Source of the DNA: an uncultured Acidobacteriota bacterium
Lineage (GTDB): Bacteria > Acidobacteriota > Thermoanaerobaculia > Multivoradales > UBA5704
Direction of reading: 5' to 3'
Assembly (NCBI GenBank): GCA_963795735.1
Contig: CAWCIU010000018.1
Span: 1,484,684 to 1,548,683 of the forward strand
Length of the DNA: 64,000 bases
The stretch's first letter is position 1. Each line of letters starts with the position of its first letter. Below the pieces are notes generated by a model, which was not told where the DNA came from, did not search any database, and worked only from the letters and a program-made list of their open reading frames with translations. The position numbers were made by a program, and so were the translations under genes. This document shows, in pieces, positions 42,528 through 51,114 of this stretch.

Positions 42528-42863
42528 TCACCCTTCCGGCTCCGGCTCAGCTCCGGGAATCGCCGTGACCCCCTCGGCCTGCGGCAGCCCCACGCGCAGG
42601 CGGCTCCCCGGCTGGGCGGTGAGATCCGCGGGGTCCATCGCGTTGTTGGCGTCCGCCACGCGCCAGAACTGCTCGGGGTCCGAGAGCAGGCGCGAGGTGA
42701 TCAGATCGAGCCGGTCTCCTTCGATCACCGTCACCTCGGCCAGCAGCGGCATCAGCTCGCCGCGCGGCAGGAAGCGCCGCCGCTTGTAGGCGAGTTGCCG
42801 GCCGTCGGAAGTCGCCAGCACCGCCGTCTCCAGGTTGTAATAGCGGCTGTTGGGATCGAACAT
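42528..42863 (-). CDS. LysM / tail-X-like eCIS protein
   Basis: SRYY, EGDRLDLI, DPEQFWRVADAN. Confidence 0.82.
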   Translation of the reverse strand: MFDPNSRYYNLETAVLATSDGRQLAYKRRRFLPRGELMPLLAEVTVIEGDRLDLITSRLLSDPEQFWRVADANNAMDPADLTAQPGSRLRVGLPQAEGVTAIPGAEPEPEG

Positions 42864-42866
42864 GGA

Positions 42867-43532
42867 TCAGCCCCCCACCTTGACGTCGAAGCTCATCGAG
42901 CCCTGCCCCGCACCGGCGTTGAGGCTGCCGACCACGGCCATCGCTTCCTTGACCACCTGATGGGCGAGAAAGATGTGATACCCCGGATGCAGGATCGAGA
43001 GGTCGTTGTAGGAGAGCACGCGCAGGCCGAGCGCGACCTTGGCGCGGATGGGATTGAGGTTCACGTCGAACGCCTCCTCGGTGATGCTGAAGTCGCTGAC
43101 CCGCACCGGCAGCACCCGCTTCGGTCCCCACACGAACAGCGTGAACGGGGCTACCGGCGGCACCACCTCGATCGTCCCCAGCGCCATCAGCACCGTGTTG
43201 GCGATCACCACCGCGCTCTTCGGATAGATCAGCATCTCGAGCGCCGAGAGCTGCGGATAGATCCCCAGGCTGGTGGCGACGCCGTTCCCCGTCTCGAGCT
43301 GATCGGTGGCGTCGATCTCGATGTCGAGAGAAATGGTTTCGATCGGCGCCCCCTTGAGCCGCATCGCCTCCGTCCTGTCCCCCTCCCCACCGCCGAGCGT
43401 CTGCGCCTGGAGCTTGCGCGTCATCGTCTCCGGGTTGTACTGGAAGACGGTGACGCTGGCGAGCGGATTGAACAGGTCGATGCCCACGATGGCGCCTTTC
43501 ATCAGGCGGGGGGAGTTGGGGAAGGAGGTCAT
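42867..43532 (-). CDS. eCIS tube-initiator-like protein
   Basis: FQYNPET, LFVWG, SITEEAFDVNLNPIRAKV. Confidence 0.75.
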   Translation of the reverse strand: MTSFPNSPRLMKGAIVGIDLFNPLASVTVFQYNPETMTRKLQAQTLGGGEGDRTEAMRLKGAPIETISLDIEIDATDQLETGNGVATSLGIYPQLSALEMLIYPKSAVVIANTVLMALGTIEVVPPVAPFTLFVWGPKRVLPVRVSDFSITEEAFDVNLNPIRAKVALGLRVLSYNDLSILHPGYHIFLAHQVVKEAMAVVGSLNAGAGQGSMSFDVKVGG

Positions 43533-43906
43533 GCAACACCCGTTCTTTCTTCGCGGAGATACTCATCTCGCTCCAGAAAATGCCCTTCCGACACTCGAGC
43601 CACTCCCTGACGTAGCAGCACAACCGCGAGGTCCTGCCATACTTCACCGGATTTGTCCTGCCATCCGTGAAGGAAAATTTGAACGCGTTCGCCATCTCCC
43701 GAGGCTTGGGGCCGGAGGAGGCAGTGCAGGGGACGTGCCAAATGGGCAGTTCTTTTCGTCATGATTTCTATATAGAGATCTGGCGGCGGCTGGAGGACCT
43801 CAATTCCATGGATTTTCATCTTCCACTCACCCGCGGGGCCATGGAGGATTGGCGTCCCATCCGGCTCCAAGCCAACCAGTGTGCATTCTTTTCCTTCCTT
43901 CTCCAC
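43529..43906 (-). CDS. Small hypothetical protein, degenerate SNase-like; possible immunity or partner protein
   Basis: GGAGGAGG RBS; stop overlaps the next start; lower GC; KIHGIE and VLLRQGVARV resemble thermonuclease motifs. Confidence 0.6.
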   Translation of the reverse strand: MEKEGKECTLVGLEPDGTPILHGPAGEWKMKIHGIEVLQPPPDLYIEIMTKRTAHLARPLHCLLRPQASGDGERVQIFLHGWQDKSGEVWQDLAVVLLRQGVARVSEGHFLERDEYLREERTGVA

Positions 43907-43918
43907 CGCATCCTCCTC

Positions 43919-45577
43919 CTACAGGCTGATCTCGACCCGCCGGTCCCTGAAGAATTCCGAAGGCCCGGACGAGATTAGGTGGCTTTCCCCCGACGAGGTC
44001 ACAGAACGGATCTGAGCCGCAGGAACTCCTTGCCTGCGGAGCTCCCGCGCGACCGCCTCCGCTCGCGACTGGCCCAGGGTTAAGTTGGACGGCTCGCTGC
44101 CGATCGGATCGGTGTTCCCATTGATCGTCACTGAATTGCCGCTGGAGATCAGGAACAACGAGATCACTGTAAGCTTGTCCACGATGTCTGGTCGCAGGGC
44201 GCTCGAACCAAAGTCGAACTGAACCTGAGCCGGGAGCAACGCCGCCTGGAGACTCGGGGGGATGAACTGCCCGATCACTCTGGTAGAGCAATCCGACATG
44301 CCAGATTGACGGGCTGCTGCTGTCGGCAGGGCACAAGCCGTCGTACGGCAGCTCTCATAGGCTGTCATCGCCGCCGGATTGCCCCGCAGGATCTCGTTGA
44401 CGAAAGTCAAAGTCGGCCGGCCAACCCCGGTAGTCTGGATCGTACGGCGGAGGATCTGTACGATCATCTGCTGCGCAGTGCTGTTGATGTCGATGAACTC
44501 TCCACAAGGGTTGCTCGCGCCGGGGCCGAGAGACTGCATCAAGCTGGCTTCCCGGGGTGTTCCAGCGACGCTGCTGCGCGAAGGAGGATGAGTCGTCGCG
44601 GCGCCTCCCAGAGGAGCTGGGGGCGAACCGGCGGCAACGCAGTCCGGCGCGAGATCGTCGACCGCGTGGATGAATTCGTGAACCAGTGTGTCAGCCAACT
44701 CAGCGGGATTCGATACGTGCTCGGGTTTGGTTGGGTTGATCTCCAGCTGGCGCGCCATCGGCGAGTAACCGCCGAAACGCTCGACTCCACCAATTCTCAA
44801 ACCAGGAGTGACGGCCAGGGCTAGAGGCCCCAGGTCCTGGGCGGGCATGGCCGCGCAGGAGGCCATGTAGCTCCAAAGCCCAAGAAAGGACGCGTCCCCG
44901 AACACGTTGTCGAGGGTCAGCGTCTGCTCTGGAGTGGAACCGAGCTGCCGCCGGAACTGAGCCGGCGTGAGGCGCATAAGCGAAGGCACGGAGCTACTCA
45001 GGACAGCGGAGGTTCCTCCCCTACCCTCCACGACCGCCGCGGATAGATGATCGGCCTCCCGCTCCGCGGCCTCTCCTCCGCCGAGCTCGATCTCTCCTTC
45101 TCCCTTGACGCCTCCAGTAGCATTCCGTTGCTGGATGACGTGGGTCAGCTCATGACTGAGGATCCGCCGGCCTTCGTTCCTTTCGGGCGCATATTGGCCG
45201 GCGCCGAAGACGACATCCGACCCCACCGTGTAGGCCAGCGCGCCCACAGCGGCCGCCGATTCGGCAGCCCGGCCGTCTGTGTGTACGCGCACCTGGCTGA
45301 AGTCGTGCCCGAACCGGGACTCCATGAAAGAGCGGGTTTTCCCGTCCAGTGGCCGTCCCGGCGAGCTCAGGGCTTCACCAACGATCGGCGGAACGCTGAC
45401 TGGATCGCCTCCGCTCGCGGCTTTCCGTTGCACGGTTCGCCGCTTCTTCTGGCACTCGGCGCATTCGCCGCTCGGACCGGCCGAGCCGCCGCAGGCGCAC
45501 TTGCGCTGCAACAGGCCGCTCGCACCCGGACTGACGGTCGGAAGAGCAGCCTTTTGGGTTTTCGGCTCGGCCTTCAT
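43919..45577 (-). CDS. DUF4157 eCIS effector candidate with central HExxH domain and C-terminal OmpA-like domain
   Basis: LQRKCACGG..CAEC; DUF4157 RFGHDFSQVRVH..HELTHVIQQ, EREAD; HEFIH; FDFGSS..NTDPIG..NLTLGQSRAEAV..RRVEI. Confidence 0.88.
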   Translation of the reverse strand: MKAEPKTQKAALPTVSPGASGLLQRKCACGGSAGPSGECAECQKKRRTVQRKAASGGDPVSVPPIVGEALSSPGRPLDGKTRSFMESRFGHDFSQVRVHTDGRAAESAAAVGALAYTVGSDVVFGAGQYAPERNEGRRILSHELTHVIQQRNATGGVKGEGEIELGGGEAAEREADHLSAAVVEGRGGTSAVLSSSVPSLMRLTPAQFRRQLGSTPEQTLTLDNVFGDASFLGLWSYMASCAAMPAQDLGPLALAVTPGLRIGGVERFGGYSPMARQLEINPTKPEHVSNPAELADTLVHEFIHAVDDLAPDCVAAGSPPAPLGGAATTHPPSRSSVAGTPREASLMQSLGPGASNPCGEFIDINSTAQQMIVQILRRTIQTTGVGRPTLTFVNEILRGNPAAMTAYESCRTTACALPTAAARQSGMSDCSTRVIGQFIPPSLQAALLPAQVQFDFGSSALRPDIVDKLTVISLFLISSGNSVTINGNTDPIGSEPSNLTLGQSRAEAVARELRRQGVPAAQIRSVTSSGESHLISSGPSEFFRDRRVEISL

Positions 45578-45825
45578 CGCTTCATCCCTCCATACACCGC
45601 CCTCGCAACCTGCCGCCCCACAGCCTCCGGCCGCGCTCCCGGCCTGGCCTCGAAGCTGCCGCCGTCGAGGCGCGGCAGGTCCGCCCCTTGGGCCAGCCCC
45701 GCCGGCAGGCCTTGCTCGGTCAACAGGCGCGTCAGCTCGCTTTCGACGGCGGCGCCGATGCGGTGGCGGTCGGCCGGGCGGACGCCTTCGAGGACCAGCT
45801 CCTCGATGTGGAGGTCGATGTTCAT
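45574..45825 (-). CDS. Small eCIS-associated hypothetical protein
   Basis: [14 protein letters not shown]; start/stop overlaps with both neighbours. Confidence 0.75.
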   Translation of the reverse strand: MNIDLHIEELVLEGVRPADRHRIGAAVESELTRLLTEQGLPAGLAQGADLPRLDGGSFEARPGARPEAVGRQVARAVYGGMKR

Positions 45826-47786
45826 TCCGCCCACCCCCGCACCTCGGCGTCGGAGAGCGGACGCTCGATCTTGGCCAGCTCGCCGCGGGCGGCGCGCAAC
45901 AGGTGGGCCATGCGCACCGGCGAGTCCTCGTCCGCCGCCAGGAAGGCCGCGGCGAGGGCGATGTTGCGGATGTTGCCGCCGGTCACCGAAAGGCGGGCGA
46001 GCTTGCCGGCGTCCAGCGCTTCGGTCGGGGTCTGGGATGGGAAGGCGCGGCGCCAGATCTCGGCCCGCTGCGGAGCGTCCGGGAAGGGGAACTGGACGAT
46101 GAAGCGCAGCCGGCGCAGGAAGGCGGTGTCCAGCGCGTCCTTGAAGTTGGAGGTCAGGATGGCGAGCCCCCGGTAGGACTCCATCCGCTGGAGCAGGTAG
46201 CTGACCTCGATGTTGGCGTAGCGATCGTGGCTGTCCTTGACCTCGCTGCGCTTGCCGAACAGGGCGTCGGCCTCGTCGAAAAGGAGGATGGCGCCCCCCT
46301 CCTCGGCGGCGTCGAAGACCCGGCGGAGGTTCTTCTCGGTCTCGCCGATGTACTTGCTCACCACCGACGAGAGGTCGATCCGGTAGAGGTCGAGCCGCAG
46401 CTCCCCGGCGAGCACCTCGGCGGCCATGGTCTTGCCGGTGCCGCTGGGACCCGCGAAGAGGGCGCTGATCCCCAGCCCCCGGCTGCCGCGCGCGGCGAAT
46501 CCCCACTCCTCGTGCACCGTGCGCCGGCGGCGGACGTGGACGGCGATCTCCCGCAGCGTCTTGACCTGCGCCTCGGGGAGGACCAGGTCGTCCCAGGCCG
46601 CGGCGGGCTCGATGCGCTGGGCCAGACTCTCCAGGCGCGGCCGGCTCTGTGAGCGGCAGGCGTCCCAGAGGTCGGAACCCGCGTCCGCCCCTCGTCCCGC
46701 GGCTTGAGCGGCGGCGGAGCGGATGCCCGCGGCGCCGAGGCTGAACTGGGAGACGATGGCGTCGAGCTGGCCGTTGACCTCCGCCGCGGCGGGTCCCAGG
46801 GCCGAGCGCCAGAGGGCGCGCTGCTCGGCGGAGGACGGAACCTGGAGATCGAAGGCGAGGACCGGCCGCTGCCGCGCCGGCCGCCGCTCGCGCAGGGCGA
46901 CCAGCAGCGGCCCCCGCAACTCCTCCATGAGGCGAGCCACGGCGATCTCCCGCGTCGCGTCACCGGAATCCAGCTCGGCGGCGTCGAGGAAGAGGGCGCT
47001 TCCCGAGAGGACCGATTCGCGCTCCCAGAGCCGGATCAGCTCTTCGAGCTCCGTCGGCGCCGTGGGGACGGCCGCCGCGGGGAGCGCGTGCAGGTTGAGC
47101 CCCAGATGGGCGCAGACGGCGAGCGCGAGGGCCCGCGGCCCCGCCGCATCTCCCCGGCCACCACTGCACAACTGGACGGCGGGCAGGGCGTTCCGGCCGG
47201 CGGCCTCGGACCAGGCCGCCGCGATCCGGTGGGCCAGGTCCTGCTGCGAGGGCACCAGCTCTGTCCCACCCATCAGCGGCTTGACCAGCCCGGAGAGCCG
47301 GTCATCCACCGTCTCCACCCCGGCCAGGAAGTGGAGCACGCGCTCGTCGATCCGCAGCGGGCTGGTGGTGAGCCCGTCGCCGGTGCCAACCTCGATCAGG
47401 CGCCAGTGGCGCAGCGGCGCTCCCGGGGTCAGGGCGCTCCAGTGCGGCTCGGGGAGGGCCGCCAGGGCGAGGCTGAAGGTCGGCTGGCGGCGGCCGCTTT
47501 CCCCTTGGGCGGCGGCGCAGCGGGCGGCGAATCCCGAGTCCAGCTCGACGCCCGCGCAGAGCAGCAGGACGTCGCGCTCGAAGGCGGAGAGGCCGAACCG
47601 CTCGCGCACCACCTCCAGGGCCGGCGGCGACGCCATGGCCGCGGCCGCATCCTCCAGCGCCTTCGCCACCTCCGGCCCGGGCTCTGGACCTCCGGCGTGC
47701 CGGTCCAGCGCGCCGCGCACCACGGCCAGCGCCGCCAGGAGATGGCGCTGGTTGGCTTCCCGCCAGCCCATGGCTTCCTCGCTCAT
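45822..47786 (-). CDS. eCIS AAA+ ATPase (Afp15/Pvc15-like)
   Basis: [46 protein letters not shown]. Confidence 0.94.
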   Translation of the reverse strand: MSEEAMGWREANQRHLLAALAVVRGALDRHAGGPEPGPEVAKALEDAAAAMASPPALEVVRERFGLSAFERDVLLLCAGVELDSGFAARCAAAQGESGRRQPTFSLALAALPEPHWSALTPGAPLRHWRLIEVGTGDGLTTSPLRIDERVLHFLAGVETVDDRLSGLVKPLMGGTELVPSQQDLAHRIAAAWSEAAGRNALPAVQLCSGGRGDAAGPRALALAVCAHLGLNLHALPAAAVPTAPTELEELIRLWERESVLSGSALFLDAAELDSGDATREIAVARLMEELRGPLLVALRERRPARQRPVLAFDLQVPSSAEQRALWRSALGPAAAEVNGQLDAIVSQFSLGAAGIRSAAAQAAGRGADAGSDLWDACRSQSRPRLESLAQRIEPAAAWDDLVLPEAQVKTLREIAVHVRRRRTVHEEWGFAARGSRGLGISALFAGPSGTGKTMAAEVLAGELRLDLYRIDLSSVVSKYIGETEKNLRRVFDAAEEGGAILLFDEADALFGKRSEVKDSHDRYANIEVSYLLQRMESYRGLAILTSNFKDALDTAFLRRLRFIVQFPFPDAPQRAEIWRRAFPSQTPTEALDAGKLARLSVTGGNIRNIALAAAFLAADEDSPVRMAHLLRAARGELAKIERPLSDAEVRGWAE

Positions 47787-49036
47787 GGCACCGTCACCTG
47801 GGGACCGTCGAAGGCGCCGTCGGCCGCGGCGTGGAGCGGGCTCTCGGCGCCGTCCACCTGGACGCGGACGAGGAACACCTTGCCGGCGGCGAGGCCGCGC
47901 ACCTTGAAGACGACCGGATCGGCGTCGTTCTCCCGCCGCTCGGCCAGGACCGAGAAGGCCCGGGGATTCAGGGGCACCGGCTCGTTGAGCAGCAGCACGG
48001 CCCGCTGCTCCGCCCCCACCTGCGGCTCGATCCCCACGGTCACCGCGCGGATGCCGTCCACGGCCGCCGGGATGGTGACGTCGGGGTTCGATCCCACCGT
48101 CTTGATCCGCGGCCGGAGGACGAACGGCGCCACATTCGACTCCGTGCCGGCGTGGAGCGTGGGCGGCGTTGGCGGAACCTCCAGAAGCCGGGGCTGGACG
48201 ACCTGGGCGCCCACCACGCCGGCCCGCAGCGCGCCGGCCGGGAAGGGCGGCGCGGCGAGGAGGACGCGGATCTCCGAGTCCGTCATGTCCGCCGGCGCGG
48301 GCTCCACCTCGGCGCCGCCGATCCGCACCCGCGTCGCGACTCCCGAGAGGTTCCGTCCGCGCAGGACGATCGTGTCCCCCGGGAGGATCGGCACGCCGGG
48401 GCCGGCGGCAGGAACGATCTCTTCGATCTCCGGCTGGCGGAAGGGGGCGACGGCGAGGTTGCGCGCCCGCACCGGCAGCGCCGGCTGGGGGGTCACCTCG
48501 GGCTCGATCAGCACGACCGAGGCCTGGTAGGCCACGGAGAGCTTGTAGGGGACCTGGAAGAAGACGGACCAGAGCTTCGATAGCTCCTCAAGGTTGAAGC
48601 CAGTGGGCGCCAGCCGCACCCGCTCCACCTGATCGGCGAGGTCGGAAGCGGCCAGGGTGTCCTTGGCGGCGGCGCGGAGGATCTCCGGGGAGAGCACCGG
48701 CTGCGCGTGCAGCAGGCTCACCACGCTGCCCAGGAGACGCTGCGGCTCGTGCTGCTTGTCGCCGCCGTAGAAGCTCAGGACGTAGTGGAGGTCGAAGGCC
48801 GCCAGCGGGCGCTGGCCCAGCGTGCCGTCCTGGCGCCGCGTGGGCAGGTCGGCGTTGCGCCAGGCGGCGTTCGGCGTCACCTGGTAGAGGAAGACGTTGA
48901 CGCGCGGGGTGTCGTCCTTGAGGGTGTCCGGCCGCTCGGCGGTCGCCGCGGAACCGGAGACCGCCTGCCTGGCGGCGGCGTCCAGCAGGTCCCGCAGGGC
49001 CGCGGTGACGTGGGCGAAGGCGAGGTGGTTGCTCAT
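47783..49036 (-). CDS. DUF4255 (Afp16/Pvc16-like cap) protein with C-terminal Ig-like extension
   Basis: MSNHLA, VNVFLYQVTPNAAWRN, LHYVLS, EELSKLWS, SVAYQASVVLIE. Confidence 0.88.
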   Translation of the reverse strand: MSNHLAFAHVTAALRDLLDAAARQAVSGSAATAERPDTLKDDTPRVNVFLYQVTPNAAWRNADLPTRRQDGTLGQRPLAAFDLHYVLSFYGGDKQHEPQRLLGSVVSLLHAQPVLSPEILRAAAKDTLAASDLADQVERVRLAPTGFNLEELSKLWSVFFQVPYKLSVAYQASVVLIEPEVTPQPALPVRARNLAVAPFRQPEIEEIVPAAGPGVPILPGDTIVLRGRNLSGVATRVRIGGAEVEPAPADMTDSEIRVLLAAPPFPAGALRAGVVGAQVVQPRLLEVPPTPPTLHAGTESNVAPFVLRPRIKTVGSNPDVTIPAAVDGIRAVTVGIEPQVGAEQRAVLLLNEPVPLNPRAFSVLAERRENDADPVVFKVRGLAAGKVFLVRVQVDGAESPLHAAADGAFDGPQVTVP

Positions 49037-49833
49037 GTCCGCCCCTCGCCACGGCGGCGCAGGTACTCCTCGAGGCCGAGCCGCGGCGCCGCGGGCCGGG
49101 CGGCCGGCGCCGCAGGCGCGGGAGCGGCGGCCCGCACCTCGATCCGCCCGATGGTCACCCGGATGACCGGCGCCGCCGCCGGGGCGGGACCGGGACCGGT
49201 TGCCGCGAGCGGCGACTGGGGCGACCGCGGGGAGGGGGTTCCAAAGCCGGACAGGCCGGACTCCTCCCGCAGCGCGGAGCGGGGGATCAGGGGATGGTGC
49301 GTCTCCGCCCGAGAGGAAAAATACGAAATTCCCTCAATTTCCTGAGTGGCCGCCGGTAAATCCCCGCCCTGAAGGGGCGGCATTTGAATAGCCTGGGGTT
49401 TCAACCCCAGGGCCGGTAGTCCATCATCCCCCCCAAGCCCCGGCAGGGCCGGCCTGGGGCGCGGCGACGAGGTCACCCCTTCGGGGTTCAGGAAAATTTG
49501 GGGATCGTCCACCTGGGGCTGAAGCCCCAGGCTATTCAAATGCCGCCCCTGCGGGGCGGATGTCGCGGGTGGCCTTTCAGCGGACAGGACGGGTCGAGCC
49601 TCCTCCAAACCCGCCCCTGCCTCAGGCCGCCCCTCTTCCTCCCTCCTCTCCCTCAGGGAGAGGAGGGCCGGGGAGGTGAGGGCCCGGCCTGTCGGCGCCG
49701 TCTCCGCGAGCGCGCTCTCCACCGCCTCCTCGGACAGCGCCGGCGCCCCCTCGAAGCGCGAGGCCGGCCGCGGCCCCAGGGGCGGCGCCTGGCCCAGGGC
49801 GCGGGCGGCGAGGCGGCCCAGGAAGTCGCTCAC
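49033..49833 (-). CDS. eCIS hypothetical protein with in-frame palindromic insertions
   Basis: GTG start; ends SDFLGRLAAR and IRVTIGRIEVRA..LEEYL are typical of this eCIS slot; low-complexity middle. Confidence 0.72.
   Translation of the reverse strand: MSDFLGRLAARALGQAPPLGPRPASRFEGAPALSEEAVESALAETAPTGRALTSPALLSLRERREEEGRPEAGAGLEEARPVLSAERPPATSAPQGRHLNSLGLQPQVDDPQIFLNPEGVTSSPRPRPALPGLGGDDGLPALGLKPQAIQMPPLQGGDLPAATQEIEGISYFSSRAETHHPLIPRSALREESGLSGFGTPSPRSPQSPLAATGPGPAPAAAPVIRVTIGRIEVRAAAPAPAAPAARPAAPRLGLEEYLRRRGEGRT
49364..49559. repeat. REPIN/MITE-like element with 48-bp imperfect inverted repeats
   Basis: 49364-49411 ccgccctgaaggggcggcatttgaatagcctggggtttcaaccccagg matches the reverse complement of 49512-49559 with 4 mismatches; each arm has internal hairpins. 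Confidence 0.85.
49640..49683. repeat. Second REP-like palindrome (CCCTCACC..CCTCTCCC..GGGAGAGG type)
   Basis: ccctcctctccctc/agggagaggaggg stem followed by ggggaggtgagggc. Confidence 0.6.
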
Positions 49834-50570
49834 GCGCTCACCATCTCCAGGTAGAGCCGGCGGCGCCGGGGGCTGAGCGCGAGGACGTCCGCCTCCCGCC
49901 AGCCGTAGGCCCGCGCCAGGACGTGGACCTCCCGCAGCAGCCGCCGGGCCTGGACCTCCACCTCGGCCCAGACGAACGCGGCCACGTCCAGCAGCTCCCA
50001 CCAGCCGCGCTCGCAGGACGGGCAGCGTAGCTCCAGGAGCAGCTCGGCCCCGGGGTCCGCCTCGGCCAGCGCCGCCGACAGCGCTTCCACATCCTCCTCC
50101 GCGAGGTCGCCGGCGGTGACCGGCAGGCTTTCGCGCCGCGCCTCCACCACGCATCGCTCGGCGAGCCGCCGGCGGGCCTCCCCCGCTCCCGCGCAGCACT
50201 CAGCGGCCAGCAGGTCGAGGCTGTCGGGGAGCCGGAAGCGGAGGTCGAGACCGCCGCGGGAGAGCTCTCGCTCCGCCGGGCCGGCCGGCGATCCGGCAGA
50301 TCCGGCGCGCAGCTCCCGGGTGTCGAGGGTCAGCTCCAGGGCCTCGCCACACCCCGGGCAGCGGGCCACGCTCTCGATGCGGCGGCCGAGCATCCCCTCC
50401 CGCAGCTCGAGGAGACGGCGGTCCCGCTCACCCAGCGGCAGGGCGCCCAGCTCCTCCCAGGCCGTTTGCGGACTGGCGGCGGCGAGGAGCGCCAGGGCGC
50501 GGACCGTGGGACCTTGCCCCTGGCCCTGCTCCCAGGCCTCCAACAACCCGGAGGAGGTAAGCGAGTACAT
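49830..50570 (-). CDS. eCIS baseplate / tail-assembly protein with two CxxC motifs
   Basis: LPLGERDRRLL, CPGC, FRLPDS, CPSC, EVHVLARAYGWRE. Confidence 0.78.
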   Translation of the reverse strand: MYSLTSSGLLEAWEQGQGQGPTVRALALLAAASPQTAWEELGALPLGERDRRLLELREGMLGRRIESVARCPGCGEALELTLDTRELRAGSAGSPAGPAERELSRGGLDLRFRLPDSLDLLAAECCAGAGEARRRLAERCVVEARRESLPVTAGDLAEEDVEALSAALAEADPGAELLLELRCPSCERGWWELLDVAAFVWAEVEVQARRLLREVHVLARAYGWREADVLALSPRRRRLYLEMVSA

Positions 50571-50573
50571 GGC

Positions 50574-51099
50574 CTACTGCGGCACCGTGAAGCTGGGCTC
50601 CGTGGGCTCGGGGACCTCGACGTCCCGCTCCCATCCCTCGTTTTCCAGCTTGATGTGCTGGATGGCGACGGCGTTGGCGCTGGCGTCGAGGTCCGGCAGG
50701 GCCTGGAAGCTCCGACACCCAGCAGCGGTAGATCTTGTAGGCCAGGGCGAGCTGGCCGGACTCGTTGTAGACCTCGAGGATGATGTCCTTGCGGAAGTCC
50801 TTGAGCGAGGCCTCCGCGCCCAGGCCGGCGCCGAAGTTCCACACCTTGTTAGCCCACTGCTCGAACTCCTTGTCGTGGGTCACCCCGCGCTCCAGGGTGA
50901 TCGCCTCGTACTTGGTCTGCCCGGGCGACTTGCGGACGGTGCTGGGGTCTCCCCCTTCGCGGTGCTCCACCGGCGTGGTGGTGCGCTTGAGGGCGCCGAC
51001 CTTGCTGATGCCCGCGACATAGCGGCCGTCCCACTTCACGCGGAACTTGAAGTTCTTGTAGGGGTCGAACCGCTGCGGGTTGACGCTGAACTGGGCCAT
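50574..51099 (-). CDS. Tail tube protein (gp19-like; frameshift ~50710)
   Basis: RFDPYKNFKFRVKW, HREGGD, ITLERGVT; removing one base gives EFQALPDLDASANAVAIQHIKLENEGWERD. Confidence 0.92.
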
Positions 51100-51114
51100 A
51101 TATCCTCCTGGGAG

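Noticed and set aside
50574-51099. Programmed frameshift in the tube gene
   Set aside because: No slippery heptamer at the site, and a single extra base matches the window-wide indel pattern
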